This document shows positions 24,376 to 35,988 of a DNA stretch of 64,000 nt, one piece after another. Every line of letters begins with the position of its first letter. Position 1 is the stretch's first letter. Where the stretch lies: NCBI GenBank assembly GCA_053919585.1, contig CM132807.1; one strand, given 5' to 3'. The notes under the pieces were generated by a model. It did no database searches, was not told the DNA's origin, and saw nothing but the letters and a program-made list of their open reading frames with translations. This DNA is from Euprymna scolopes (Eukaryota). A program made the position numbers and the translations under genes.

Positions 24376-27300
24376 ATGGATGAGGCAGTCTCAATGGAGG
24401 ACCTGAAGCTGAAACAAGAACTTCTTGAAAGAAAAATACTAACTACACTGGAAGGATAAGTAAAGGAAGAGAAGAGTTATTAAGAAGTGATTTCTCTATT
24501 TAAGGTAGAAATAGAGGACTGGTTGGAAGAGCTTGAGGGCGTTTCCTTTGACATGGAGGGACACTTGGCTCCAAGAGGAGAAGCAGAAGCATTGGCTAGC
24601 TTAAGTCTAGCTTCATTTCGCTTTAAATATGGAGCGAGACAGCGTTTAAGTTCTCTGCGTAAAGCTGACCAGAGTGAACACCCAGCAGTCACCTCGATGG
24701 AAGATGTTGACTCAATCTCTAGTCATGGGAAACCGGTTACTCCAGAAAATGAGAGATCGCCATCCTACAAACCAACAACCCATTATTCATTTTCTGTGGA
24801 GCCATTTAAAATAAAGTTGAAGGGGCCACGCTTTGATGGGAAGGACTTCGACACCAACTAGAGGAGCTTCAAGGACTTCTTGACAAAGTTCGAAAATTGT
24901 GCCAGGTCCATAACATCACTCAGTGAAAGACTATATTTTTTGAGGTGCTCCTTGGAAGGTAGGCCCCTCCAACTTATAAATCATCTCTCCCCCTCTGAAG
25001 ATATTTACGGTATGGCCCTTAAGCAATTAAAGGACCAATATTTGGACGGGGAGGAGACAAGAGGTGAAATAATTAAGCAAATATTAGATTTCCAGTTAGA
25101 TAATCACAAAAAACTTTAAGGATTAAAACATTTTATAATAAAGACCCATGCGGATATGTGGGACCTAAGGGCCTCGTATAGTTGTGACTTATATGACGAT
25201 AAGTCAGCTGGAGCAATAATAATAGCACAAGTAAATGGAGAACTCTTACGAATCTCTGGGACTACCTACCCGACATTTTCCACACTATTGAAGGAAACAC
25301 CAAGAATTGTGAAACAGATGCTAGTTGCCAGACAGCCGACCAAGGTACTGATGCCCAAACCTAGGCTAAACCTAAGACAGAGGAGACGATCGAAACATCG
25401 TCTCTTAAAACTTTTAATACCGAATTAAGACCCGAGGAAAGATGCGACTTTTGCAAAAGCAATAAACATTTGTCTGAGGACTGTGGCAACTATACGACCC
25501 ATGAAACCAGGACACCCCGGTGTAGAGAGCTACGTCTTTGTTTTCGGTGCCTAAAGAGATCCCACTTGGGGAATATGTGACCATTAAGGACATCAAGAAA
25601 AAGTGTTGTCATATTGCAACTCTAAATGACACATAACTGTTATGTGCTCAACTGTTACGAGTAGTATGCAGGTTGATACCTGTCTACATACAAAAGACGA
25701 TAGTGCTTTCCTTTCTTCCATAATTGAAATAATAGTGCAAAGAGGAGATAAAATGTGAAGATAAACTGCCTGTTAGACACTGGTAGTCAAATAACTTATT
25801 TGGACTTTAATTTTAAAGAAGCTAAATTGTCTCTCCTTCCCAAAGGATAAAATAATGGAAGTAAATACCTTTTTAGGAACAACTCCATAAACCTTTAAGG
25901 AAATCTCGTTGGGATTGAATTTGATGCCAGGCAAAACAAATACTCTTCAGATTCTTGCGACCAAGTTGAACTTGTCTTACAGCCTTGAATGACTTACTCA
26001 GAATCTTGGAAATTTAAAGAATCACAGACTGGCTGCAAAGTTTAATGCAAAGGAGATTTGGTTACTATAGATGTATTACTAGGACTCGAGGCAATCCAGT
26101 ACCTAGAACCTTTCAAGATAGTCCCTTGCATGTATGGAGCAGCATTCGAGACCAAAAAAGGACTAATTCCCTTTGGAAACAGGTGTTCTTTTCTATATAA
26201 ACACCAGATTAAAAACCAAAAAAGAACAGATTAATTATGCAGAGGTGTTTGCGAAAACTCCACCACTTCCATCGCCCAGAATCAACTACGTGATTCACCC
26301 AGAGGAATCCTATCCAGACGCTTTAAAAAATTGGTTTGAAGAGAGTAGTGTCACACGAGGGTTGGAAAACATGTTCAACCTTGAATCTATTGGATAACCC
26401 ATTGACGAGAAATGCTCCACCTTGAATGAAGAGAAGGTTAAGCAGTTTAGAGATTCCGTCACATACAAAGATGGTCTCTATCATGTACAACTTCAGTGGT
26501 ATGAAGATACATTAAAATCGGTACCTTCTAATTACAATGCTGCTATTCGGGTGCTAGAAAATGTTAATAAGGATCTGGAGAAGAAAAACTTGTATAATCA
26601 GTATCTGCAAGTTTTCCAACAACAAGAAGACGAGGATATTATTGAAGAAATAATTGTGCCTCCTGAACAATTTAATATTTATATGTGGATTCCTCATAGG
26701 CCAGTGATAAAACTAACATATCAGAATACTACCAAGGTGAGGCCAGTATTTAATTATTCTTATAAACATAAGGGTCCAGTATCATTGAACGAAGCAGCAT
26801 ATCCTGGAGTGAACCTGATGAGCGACATGTTAAAATTGATGATCCGATTCCAAACAAACCGATATGTCTTGTTGGCTTATATTAGAAAAGCCTTCTGATG
26901 ATTCGTCTGGTATCGGAAACGGATCGTAATCGGTTTTGCTTTTTTCTGACGAAAGGTTAAAAATTGCATTGCTACAGGTAAAAAAACCCTTATTTTTGGC
27001 TTCAATGCAAGCCCTTTTATTGTAAATTATCCATTAAATTTCATGCAGAGAAATTCCTTTTGGATGAATGGTGGGAGGCGCTAAAATCCAGTGTTTATGT
27101 TTACAATCTAGTGAAACCTGCGAATAATGCAGAAAATCTATCTGATTTGTATACCTCTGCGAGAGAGCGTCTGTAGAAGGAAACTTCTAATTTACAGTCT
27201 TGCAATTCCAACTGTGTAACACTCCAAAGGAAAATGGAGGCTGATGGAACGTTATCATGATTCAACTCTGGTTGGGAAAAAGTGCTGGGGTATCAATATG

Positions 27301-29914
27301 ATCCTGTCCAAGATTCTATAAGAGTATCCCCCCCATCATGCGACTTGGAGGCATCAACTAAGAGGAAAATATTATCGGAGACCTCAAAGGTATTTGCTCC
27401 TTTGCCTCTGTATCTACCTGTGACAGTGCGAGGTCGTTTATTGATGAGATAAATATGGAGACAAAAACTGAATTGAGATGATATAGTTCCTCAAGATATG
27501 ATTTCAGTTTGGAGAACGTTGGCAAAAGATTTATCAGCGTTAGAATCTGTATCTTTCCCCAGGAGGGTTATAGATGAAGGAAAGGATACAACATTATTCT
27601 TTTTCTGTGATGCGTCTAAAGCCGCATATGGGTTTGCGGTATATGCCGTACAGGATGGAAATTCATTCTTGGTATTTGCCAAAGCGAAAATGGCTCCTTT
27701 GCAGGGAAAATCCCTCCCAACGTTGGAACTTCTAGCAGTATTTCTAGCACTGAAATGCTTCCCTTTTATAAAAGAGTCCCTAAAGGACATTCCTATAAAA
27801 GGCGTCTATGTAATCACAGATGCTCAGGTAGTGCTGTCTTGGATTTTGGCTGACTTCGTCAAAACGAAAAATGTATTTGTACGGAATAGATTGCAGGACA
27901 TAGGTCAAATGTCTGAGAAAGTTAAATCTGATTTTAACATAAAGATAAACTTTCAGTACACTTCAACAGATGACAACCCGGCCGAGTACATAACCAGAGG
28001 TTTGACTATCAAGAAATTTAAGGAAAAAGTTTTTTCTTTGTTATGAGGGACCGAAATGGATAAGGCAAGAAGAATCCTCCTAGTGCCATCGTGAGTAGGG
28101 TTGCCTTTCTAAAGTTCTAATGGAGCGGATTAGCGCTTCAGTAAATTATGCCGCAGAGAATGAAGTGGCTACATCAGAAGTCAAATTGGAAAAATTCTTC
28201 AGTTCAGGAAAGTTGATCAGTGTAACTTCATTGATATTCAAGTTCATCAACAAGTTAAAAAAGAGGGTGATTGATCCTGAGTTACAAGCAAATGCCTACC
28301 TGATCAAGACAATGCAAAAACAATCCTTTTCAAGGGAGTTGGGTTTTTTGTTGGACCCTGGAGGAAATTGCATGCCTAAACTGGTGAAGAATTTACATCT
28401 CTTTTTGGACTACAAGGTAATTATACGATCGATGGGAAGAATAGGAAAATCGGAATATCACTCATATGTGACCCAAATCCCATTTTATTGGTAAAAGAGC
28501 ATCATCTAACAAGTTTGATTATTCAAGAATATCACCAAAGAAGCCAACACTTAGGTTTGACCACAGCATTAAATGAAATACGATTGGCAGGTTACTGGCT
28601 ATCACAAGGCAGACAGGCTGTTAAAAATGTGGTTAGTACTTGTGTGAAATGTAAACGCTATAAGGCCGTTTCTTGTGCAATACCAAATTCGACCAACTTA
28701 CCAGCCCCTCGGGTGAATTTTGTCAGGCCCTGTCTACATACCGGTGTGGATTTTACCAAACATATCTATGTTAAAGGACAAGAGAACGACTATAAAATGT
28801 ACATTCTTCTATTTACATGTATGAGTATTAGGGCTGTACATTTGTAACTGGTTCAGGATATGACTGTGAAATCATTTATTCAAGAATTCATTAGGTTTCC
28901 GAACGTGAATGGAATCCCTACACACCTCTATTCGGATAATGCTCGCACATTTAACGCTGCTGCCAGAATCATTAACCGGGGCATGATAGCCGATTAATTC
29001 AATGAAAGATTAAGCCCATATGACTTAAAACATTGCACAATTTCACTGTTTTCACCTTGGTACGGTGGTAGTTGGGAGAGGTCCATCAAGGCCATAAAAT
29101 CTTGCTTGCATAAATCATTAGGAAGAGGTAAAGTAGACTATTTTGGTCTAATAACAATTTTGTCTGATGTGCATAGGGAAGTAAATAGCCACCCCCTGAC
29201 ATATAGGAGCTCTGATGATGCTAATCTGAATGTCTTAACCTCTAACTCTTTCATGAATGCGAACGTTGGTCAGGGAATAATAAAGCGGTTGGAAAACCAG
29301 GACCAGGAAACGATCGATCCTGTTAGTCGAAGTGACTTGATTCAAACCCTGCGTTCCCGGGAAGAAAGCCTGACTTAATTTAGAAAAGTTTGGAATAAGG
29401 ACCATATGTTGAGTCTCAGAGAAAGATCAAGGAGCTTGGCTGGTTGTTCTTTTGAAGATAAAGTAAAACCAGGGGATATAGTGTTCATAAAAACCCTCTG
29501 AAAACAAGGCCTTTGTGGTTCCTAGGTGAAGTTCTGCAGCTAATCCAAGGAAGTGATGAATTGGTGCGCATGGTGAAGGTGAGGAAAGGGAATGGAGCTA
29601 TAGACACATACTCTATCAAGCATCTCTTTTCCTGGAAATCACTCAACAGCCTGGAGAACCTGACCCGATAGGCACGAGTTTACAGAATATAAGCCAGGAC
29701 CCTCAACGGAGAGAGTATTATAATTTGGATCTGTCCTAGCTGTAACAGACCTGAAGGTACCAGACCTATGATAAACTGCGTTAGATGCAATGACTGGTTT
29801 CACTTCAGCTGTGTGGGTCTAACTGAAGCACCACCAGAAGATGGACAATGGTTCAGTCCGACTTGCAACATTCAAGGTGTTGTAACTGTTAGACCCAGTT
29901 TATCAGGAGTCTAA
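24376..29914 (+). pseudogene. gag-pol: BEL/Pao gag-pol polyprotein of family B with C-terminal PHD finger (many stops and frameshifts)
   Basis: ATG at 24376 sits in the same TAACATGGAT context as family A. Successive ORF fragments 24487-29378 match gag, PR, RT, RH and IN. The PHD frame stops at 29912-29914. Confidence 0.92.
29726..29866 (+). other. PHD finger (TAF3-like) at the integrase C-terminus, family B
   Basis: Manual translation: WICPSCNRPEGTRPMINCVRCNDWFHFSCVGLTEAPPEDGQWFSPTC (C4HC3, with the 7th Cys changed to Ser, AGT). It is not in the ORF track. Confidence 0.9.
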
Positions 29915-29973
29915 ACAAACTGTTTTATTCTCTTATAGATTTTTTTTCTTTTGTGGGGAATGTGTGGGGAATG

Positions 29974-30344
29974 TGTGAGAATTTTCAATTGGTTGACTTG
30001 CCGAGGGTAGGTCGGTGGAGAAGAAAGGAGTGCTGATAGATGTGACCAACAAGGCCGGTGGTCCGTTTATCAAAAACCTGAGTGCCCATTCCTTACAAGT
30101 TAAATAGACATTTCAGTCACGCGTGAAACTCGCTGACTGAGAGTTGGAGTAGATAAAAAGGGGTGGCCGCTCTACTGTTGTTGTAGTTGTTGCTGTCTTT
30201 TAGACAAATTACACTTCGACCATCGTTACCCATTTGTTACTTTTACAAGGGAAGACTGCTTGTAAGCAACATCGACATTTCGTTGCAAGACTTAAACCGT
30301 CTTTTCTTCTCCCCCCCCTACTCGTCGGTATGCTAATTCCGCCA
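29974..30344 (+). repeat. 3' LTR of BEL/Pao family B
   Basis: Direct repeat of 23789-24162, preceded by the GGGGAATG PPT. Confidence 0.95.
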
Positions 30345-30575
30345 ATACGCAGGTGAACGGGGAGAGTTTTACTTGAAGATTTGTTCTTGGAAGTGTGAAT
30401 TTGTCGTCAGTATTAATGTGTTTGCACACTTAACATATGGGTTATTTGTAGTAAAATACAATTGGTACGCGTGTGGATGATTTGTTGCGTTTGGATGTAA
30501 GTAGATTAACCCTGCTCAAATTTTCTGATTTCTGAATTAATGTGTTTATTATTTTAAAGGGGTAATTTCTATGAA
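30345..30575 (-). mobile_element. Penelope-like element fragment (RT C-terminus and linker, upstream half)
   Basis: The minus strand reads RNYPFKIINT... and C*VCKHINTDDKFTLPRTNLQVKLSPFTCV, which continues into FFIIYCTRC at 23788. Confidence 0.7.
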
Positions 30576-30971
30576 GAAATTTTCGCTTTTCGTACTCGAT
30601 GGGGCATGACCAGTTTATAAATATTTAAGATTTTGTTTATTTATTTCAGTTATTCAAGAGCTTAAGGATTTAATATTTGTAAGGGCATATATATATAATT
30701 CCTCCACATCCTTCTAGCTGTCCAGGGATTGATATGCTTAAAGTTATATATATTTACGATTATATACATGCAACTTTGTATGTCTCTGAGTTCGTTCCTT
30801 GTAGACCCCGAAAGTGCTGAATAGATGTTCTCTAAAAATTACAGAATATTAGTACATATTTCTGGGAGTGATCTTAATTAAGTTTTGTTTTAGACTACCC
30901 TAAAAAATTACCGTGACCCGATAATTGAACCTGTTATTGTAATTAATTCATAATCGGTAAAGTTATTTTCC

Positions 30972-32564
30972 ATGTCGCTTAGCAACAATGGCAGACCAAC
31001 GAGCGGTGAAAATTTTACTGTTGGTATATCTGTACGTGATGTTGCCAAGCTAATCAAAAACCTTGATTCCAGTAAAGCAACTGGCCCTGATGGTATTCCA
31101 ATTATAGTACTCAAAAAACTTCAACCTGAACTAGCGCCCATACTTACAAAACTGTTTAAACGTTGTCTTAAGGAGAATAGTTTCCCATCTCCCTGGAAAA
31201 TCTCATCAGTATGCCCTGTATTTAAGAATTCAGGTGATCGCTCATCCCCCTCTCAGTACAGGCCAATAAGTCTCCTGTGCGTCATGAGTAAGTTGCTAGA
31301 ATCTGTATTAAATACAGAAGTAATCAAACATCTCAACAAAAATAACCTTCTTAGTGACACTCAATATGGTTTCCGTTCTGCTAGATCTACAGCAGATGTC
31401 CTTACAGTTATATCGCATAGGATTAGCAAATCTCTCGACGGTGGCAATCTTTCTAGGGCAATTGCTCTTGACATATCTAAAGCCTTTGATAGGGTATGGC
31501 ATAAAGGTTTACTTCATAAGATCGCTAGCTATGGTATAGCTGGAAAAGTCTTCTCAATTATTAAATCATTTCTTTCTGATAGATTCATAAGAGTAGTAGT
31601 TGAGGGGCAAAAATCAGAAGCTCACAATATTAATGCCGGTGTCCCTCAGGGATCCATCCTGGGCCCAACTCTTTTCCTGATCTACATTAATGATCTTCCA
31701 AATCATATCCTTACATCATTTGTAGACATTTATGCTGACGACACTACCATTTATGGTACCACATCTAAGACAGTAAACGAGCAAGTTCTCTCCAATTCTC
31801 TCTCCTCTGATCTTGAGCACGTAGTACAATGGGGAAAGGAGTGGCTGGTTACTTTTAATGCATCTAAAACCAAGCTTCTCTCTTTACATCATCAACATTC
31901 TAATCCACATTTGTCATCAATTGAAATGAATGGCTCTCGTCTTCAGGAGGCCTCAAGTTTTGACAAGCTTCTGGGCTTGACCATTACTCCTGATCTTAAA
32001 TGGAACACGTATATCAAATCTGTTGCCAAGGCCGCTGGAAAAATGGTGGGATCTTTCTATCGATCCAGTAAATATCTCACTGCTGATGCTATTCTCTATC
32101 TATATAAGAGCCAGGTACGTCCAAGGATGGAATACTGTTGCCACATCTGGGCAGGAGCTGCTAGTAAGAACTTGTCCTGCCTTGATAGAGTTCAAAATAG
32201 ACTTCGTAGCCTCGTAGGAGATGTCCTTTTCTCCTCCTTGCAACCTCTATCTCACAGAAGAGATGTTGCGAGTTTGTCTCTGATGTATCGTTATTTTCAT
32301 GGAAAGTGTTCAACTGAGCTTCAATCTATGGTCCCCCCTCGCCAAACTTTCACAAGAAACACTCGTCTAGCTGTAAACACTATCAATAATTTCCCCCACT
32401 CTTTATCTGTGCCTAAACCTAAACGTAGATTCCATGAACAAAGCTTCTTTCTTAGAACTGCACGCCTGTGGAATTGTCTTCCGTTTTCCTGCTTTCCGGC
32501 TGACTACAATATGGTTTTGTTCAAGTCTAAAGTAAATAAGTTCTTGATGAGCCGTTCAATATAA
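30972..32564 (+). CDS. Non-LTR retrotransposon reverse transcriptase (CR1/L2-group LINE ORF2, 5'-truncated, uninterrupted)
   Basis: 530-aa ORF containing KATGPDGIP, YRPISLL, QYGFR, ALDISKAFDRVWH, GVPQGSILGP, YADD and FNASKT. There is no endonuclease domain. The first ~17 codons probably derive from flanking DNA. Confidence 0.95.
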   Translation: MSLSNNGRPTSGENFTVGISVRDVAKLIKNLDSSKATGPDGIPIIVLKKLQPELAPILTKLFKRCLKENSFPSPWKISSVCPVFKNSGDRSSPSQYRPISLLCVMSKLLESVLNTEVIKHLNKNNLLSDTQYGFRSARSTADVLTVISHRISKSLDGGNLSRAIALDISKAFDRVWHKGLLHKIASYGIAGKVFSIIKSFLSDRFIRVVVEGQKSEAHNINAGVPQGSILGPTLFLIYINDLPNHILTSFVDIYADDTTIYGTTSKTVNEQVLSNSLSSDLEHVVQWGKEWLVTFNASKTKLLSLHHQHSNPHLSSIEMNGSRLQEASSFDKLLGLTITPDLKWNTYIKSVAKAAGKMVGSFYRSSKYLTADAILYLYKSQVRPRMEYCCHIWAGAASKNLSCLDRVQNRLRSLVGDVLFSSLQPLSHRRDVASLSLMYRYFHGKCSTELQSMVPPRQTFTRNTRLAVNTINNFPHSLSVPKPKRRFHEQSFFLRTARLWNCLPFSCFPADYNMVLFKSKVNKFLMSRSI

Positions 32565-32710
32565 GTTATTAAATTTACCAAATTTTCATTACTAATGATT
32601 ACTATATTGACCAACTTCTACTGTACACTCTTTAACCCTTATCCTTGAGTGGCCTCTGGGCCTTGATAATGTGGTGATGCCTTTGTAAAAAAAAAAAAAA
32701 AAAAAAAAAA
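31023..32710 (+). mobile_element. 5'-truncated LINE with 3' UTR and poly(A) tail
   Basis: RT ORF, about 120-nt 3' UTR and an A24 tail at 32687-32710. The 5' boundary is approximate. Confidence 0.9.
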
Positions 32711-34042
32711 GTAGATAGCGTGCTATTTTGTTTGCTTTTTTTATTTTTCATGGCGTGTCTGTAGGATCAAACTCCGCTCGTATTTTTTCTAGGTGCTAAG
32801 AATTTCATAAGACTTGTAAATTTACGTGTTTTATATATTGTTTTGCATCACGTGGTCGGTAGGAAGTGATGAATTGGGGCGCATGGTGAAGGTGAGGAAC
32901 ATAGATCTCTTTAATGTTTTTATTTGCTTTAATGGGAATGAAGTTTATAATAATTTTATAAAATTAACAGTAGTTTCTCTAGAATGCAATGGATAATAAC
33001 ATATTTTGGACTGCGTTACTGCATGGAGCATGTTAAGCTTCTTCCCGAGCGATTTCATGGATTTCAAAAAAAGGAGTGTGACCTATTCGTTGATGATCAT
33101 TCAATCCCGGGCAACGTCGGGTACCTCGGGTTGTATATACATTAAACACAGTTACACCTTGATACGCAAATACTCAGCTTCTTCTATTTGTTATAGTTTA
33201 AATTATCATACGGTCCTCCGGTAGAAACTCCAATAATATTTGATTTTCAAAACAGCACGTGCTGTTCGCACACATTCACTCAGTTAAGTGATGACGACAC
33301 CAAATTCGAATAATATCTTTTAACGCAAGAGATGCCGTATATTTACTTTTATTAGTACTACTGATAATTAAAAAAAATGTTTACATAGTCTTGAAAACTC
33401 GTTACTTGCAATGTCGTTAAACTCAAATCTTACTAGAAAAACGGTCGCTAAATATCCTGTTTGCTGTTTTACACTTGCTCTAGATGACTATGAATTTGAC
33501 ATTTTTTACCGACGACTACTGTAAATACAGAGTGGGATGGCCGCAGATTGAGAAAAAGTATGTGGTTGTGAGAGATATATAAGAAAACCTAGATTAATGG
33601 ACGTAGTGGGTAGAAAATTAAAGTGTGTGATCAGACTAGATATAAGTAATAAAATAGTAGAAGAGTATCAAATTTACCAACTCTCAGTATAAATAGCAAT
33701 GATGAAGAAATATGACCTAACATGTCAGTGATAAAGATGAAACCAGAATTGTCTTTTTATGTCAAGTAGTTCCTCACTTGGACGAGCACAAAACAGCGTT
33801 TGTATTGATTTACATGAGTATAGTGTTTCGATTTCCCCACTTAATGTGGGCGTAAAATACAATTAAAATATATATCTATCAATTTCTATTTAATTTTATG
33901 CTTAAATTCATAACGAACCTTTTTTCAAAATATTTGACAGTTTATTATTTAGTAATGACTGAATTTAGATTTATCGAAGTTCAGTGTAAATTTTACTGAA
34001 ATGGAAAAAAACAACATTTTTTTCATACTCCAATAAAACATC

Positions 34043-34377
34043 CGTCCGAGTCGCTGGGGCATTAGAATACGCCGATTGCCCCCCTGCAGAGGGTAAAATT
34101 CCCTCAATGGGGGTCCTGGATATGACCTTAATCTATATCCAGTGGTGAGGCCCCAGCTTATGGGTTTTGGGGAGTGTGGAGCCACCCTTCATTACCATTG
34201 CTCCCAGGTAATGGTAGTACCTGTTAGGGCCCCCACTATGGGTTAAATAGAAACTGACGTGAAAACAACAAATATATTCTATTAAAAAAAAATGTCTTCA
34301 AAATCTTTGCATTCGGCATTAAATAACCCGAAAAGGGTTGATATGCCGTAAAACAAAAACAAACAACCAACCAACCA
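34043..34377 (+). mobile_element. SINE-like interspersed repeat with (CAAC)n tail
   Basis: GC-richer body GCTGGGGCATTAGAATACGCCGATTGC...GGGTTGATATGCCGTAAAAC ending in CAACCAACCAACC. It is flanked by a TCCAATAAAA direct repeat (34029-34038 / 34378-34387). It resembles an abundant octopus repeat, from memory. Confidence 0.7.
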
Positions 34378-35589
34378 TCCAATAAAAAATCATCTAATCT
34401 CACATGCTTGTGTGTATATCATACCGTGTGTAACAAGTGAATTGTATTGAAATAGCTTCCTTTCAAAATATCAGCTTATTATAATAAATAGCTTTAAAGA
34501 AGTCAATGTTTCCATGACGTAATTTCGGGAATAGTCAAAATATATGGGATGTATGATATAGATATAAGATTAACCAATTTATGTTCTCAGAACAAGGTAG
34601 TCAGTCTGGAAATTGACTGATATATGTGGTTTCAGTGTTTGTTTTACCTTCCAGAGAGCTGTCTTCTGTAGAAGAATATGATATAAAGTTTATATTCCAA
34701 CGGCGAGTTTAAAATATATAGACTACATGCATCATATATTTTATTGGAATGCTTTGAGATGAGTTATTTGCTGACTGCTATCCTTCTTTTTTATAGTTGT
34801 TGTTATTACACCACGTTTCGCACAACTCACTCGCTGGCATTCATTAGGTTATTAACCACGTCGGGATAGAAATGCTGAGTTTTGTAACTGTATACCCAGA
34901 AATCACTGCCTTTTTTAGCTGTTGTTGTCACGCTATATTTTCGCCGACCAATCCTCTTCCTCTATCCATTAATCAGCCTACCTGTATAACCTTATCCTCT
35001 GGCTCCTATCCAGTTTTACGCTTGCTTCTATCAATTGCACCACGGGCCTCGAAGGTTCCAGATGAGCATAGTTTGTAGATAGCTATTTCGGTCCAATCCA
35101 AAGCAGTCCAGAGATTAATAAGCCAAAAACGTGGTGAGACAACAACAACTATAGAAGGCAGTAAGTATTGCGGATACAGTAGCCGGATTCAGTATTAATA
35201 TTCCGTCGCGGTAAATCACCAGAAGAATGCCGGAGGATGACTAGCCGAAATGTGGTAAAACAACAACGAGGAAGATGTAGATAACATGCCGCAAATAAAT
35301 AAATATAAAAAATATAAATGTAAGTACACATTTGCAGTATTGATCAAAATTATATTAGGTGAATATAGATGCGATTATAACATTTAATAAATCAATTTTA
35401 GTAATCGTTATTTTTTACGCGGTGTTGCACTTGTTAAATATCTATTTCATCAGTAATTTTTTTTGTCCAATAAAGTATTTTAAAGCTGAATTTATAGAAT
35501 ATATTACATATCTTGGCTGTTTAACTTTCAGCACAATGAATTATAATAAATTTAATATTATCAGTACCTTAATGAATTAGCATTGTAAC

Positions 35590-35660
<71 letters not shown>

Positions 35661-35934
35661 ATATACAGGGTGACCCATAAAAAAGAAAAGCTAAATGGAG
35701 GCCATCTAGAATCTAGAACATATGCTGTGGAACAGAGAAAAAAGGTCAAAAACCCTTGTGTTTTGATGTGATGTTTTGAATATAATAAACTAGTTATGAC
35801 GAAAAGTTCATTTCAGTCGGACCATACACTAAGAAACAGGGCCTTAATTAGAGATGTGCCCTTTCTTGTGTGGGGGGGCGGTAACCCTGTATATATTGTA
35901 ACAGTGTATTTATTGTAACATTATATATATATTG

Positions 35935-35988
<54 letters not shown>

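Larger units (their letters stand above)
23789..30344 (+). mobile_element. BEL/Pao LTR retrotransposon, family B (full length, decayed), TSD (A)ATAC
   Basis: Paired about 372-bp LTRs (about 93% by eye). Gag has three CCHC knuckles, followed by LLDTGS, WIPHRPVIK, FCDAS, LPTLEL, DNPAEYITRG and TGVDF..DNARTF..GGSWER. ATAC flanks both ends (23785-23788; 30345-30348). Confidence 0.96.
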
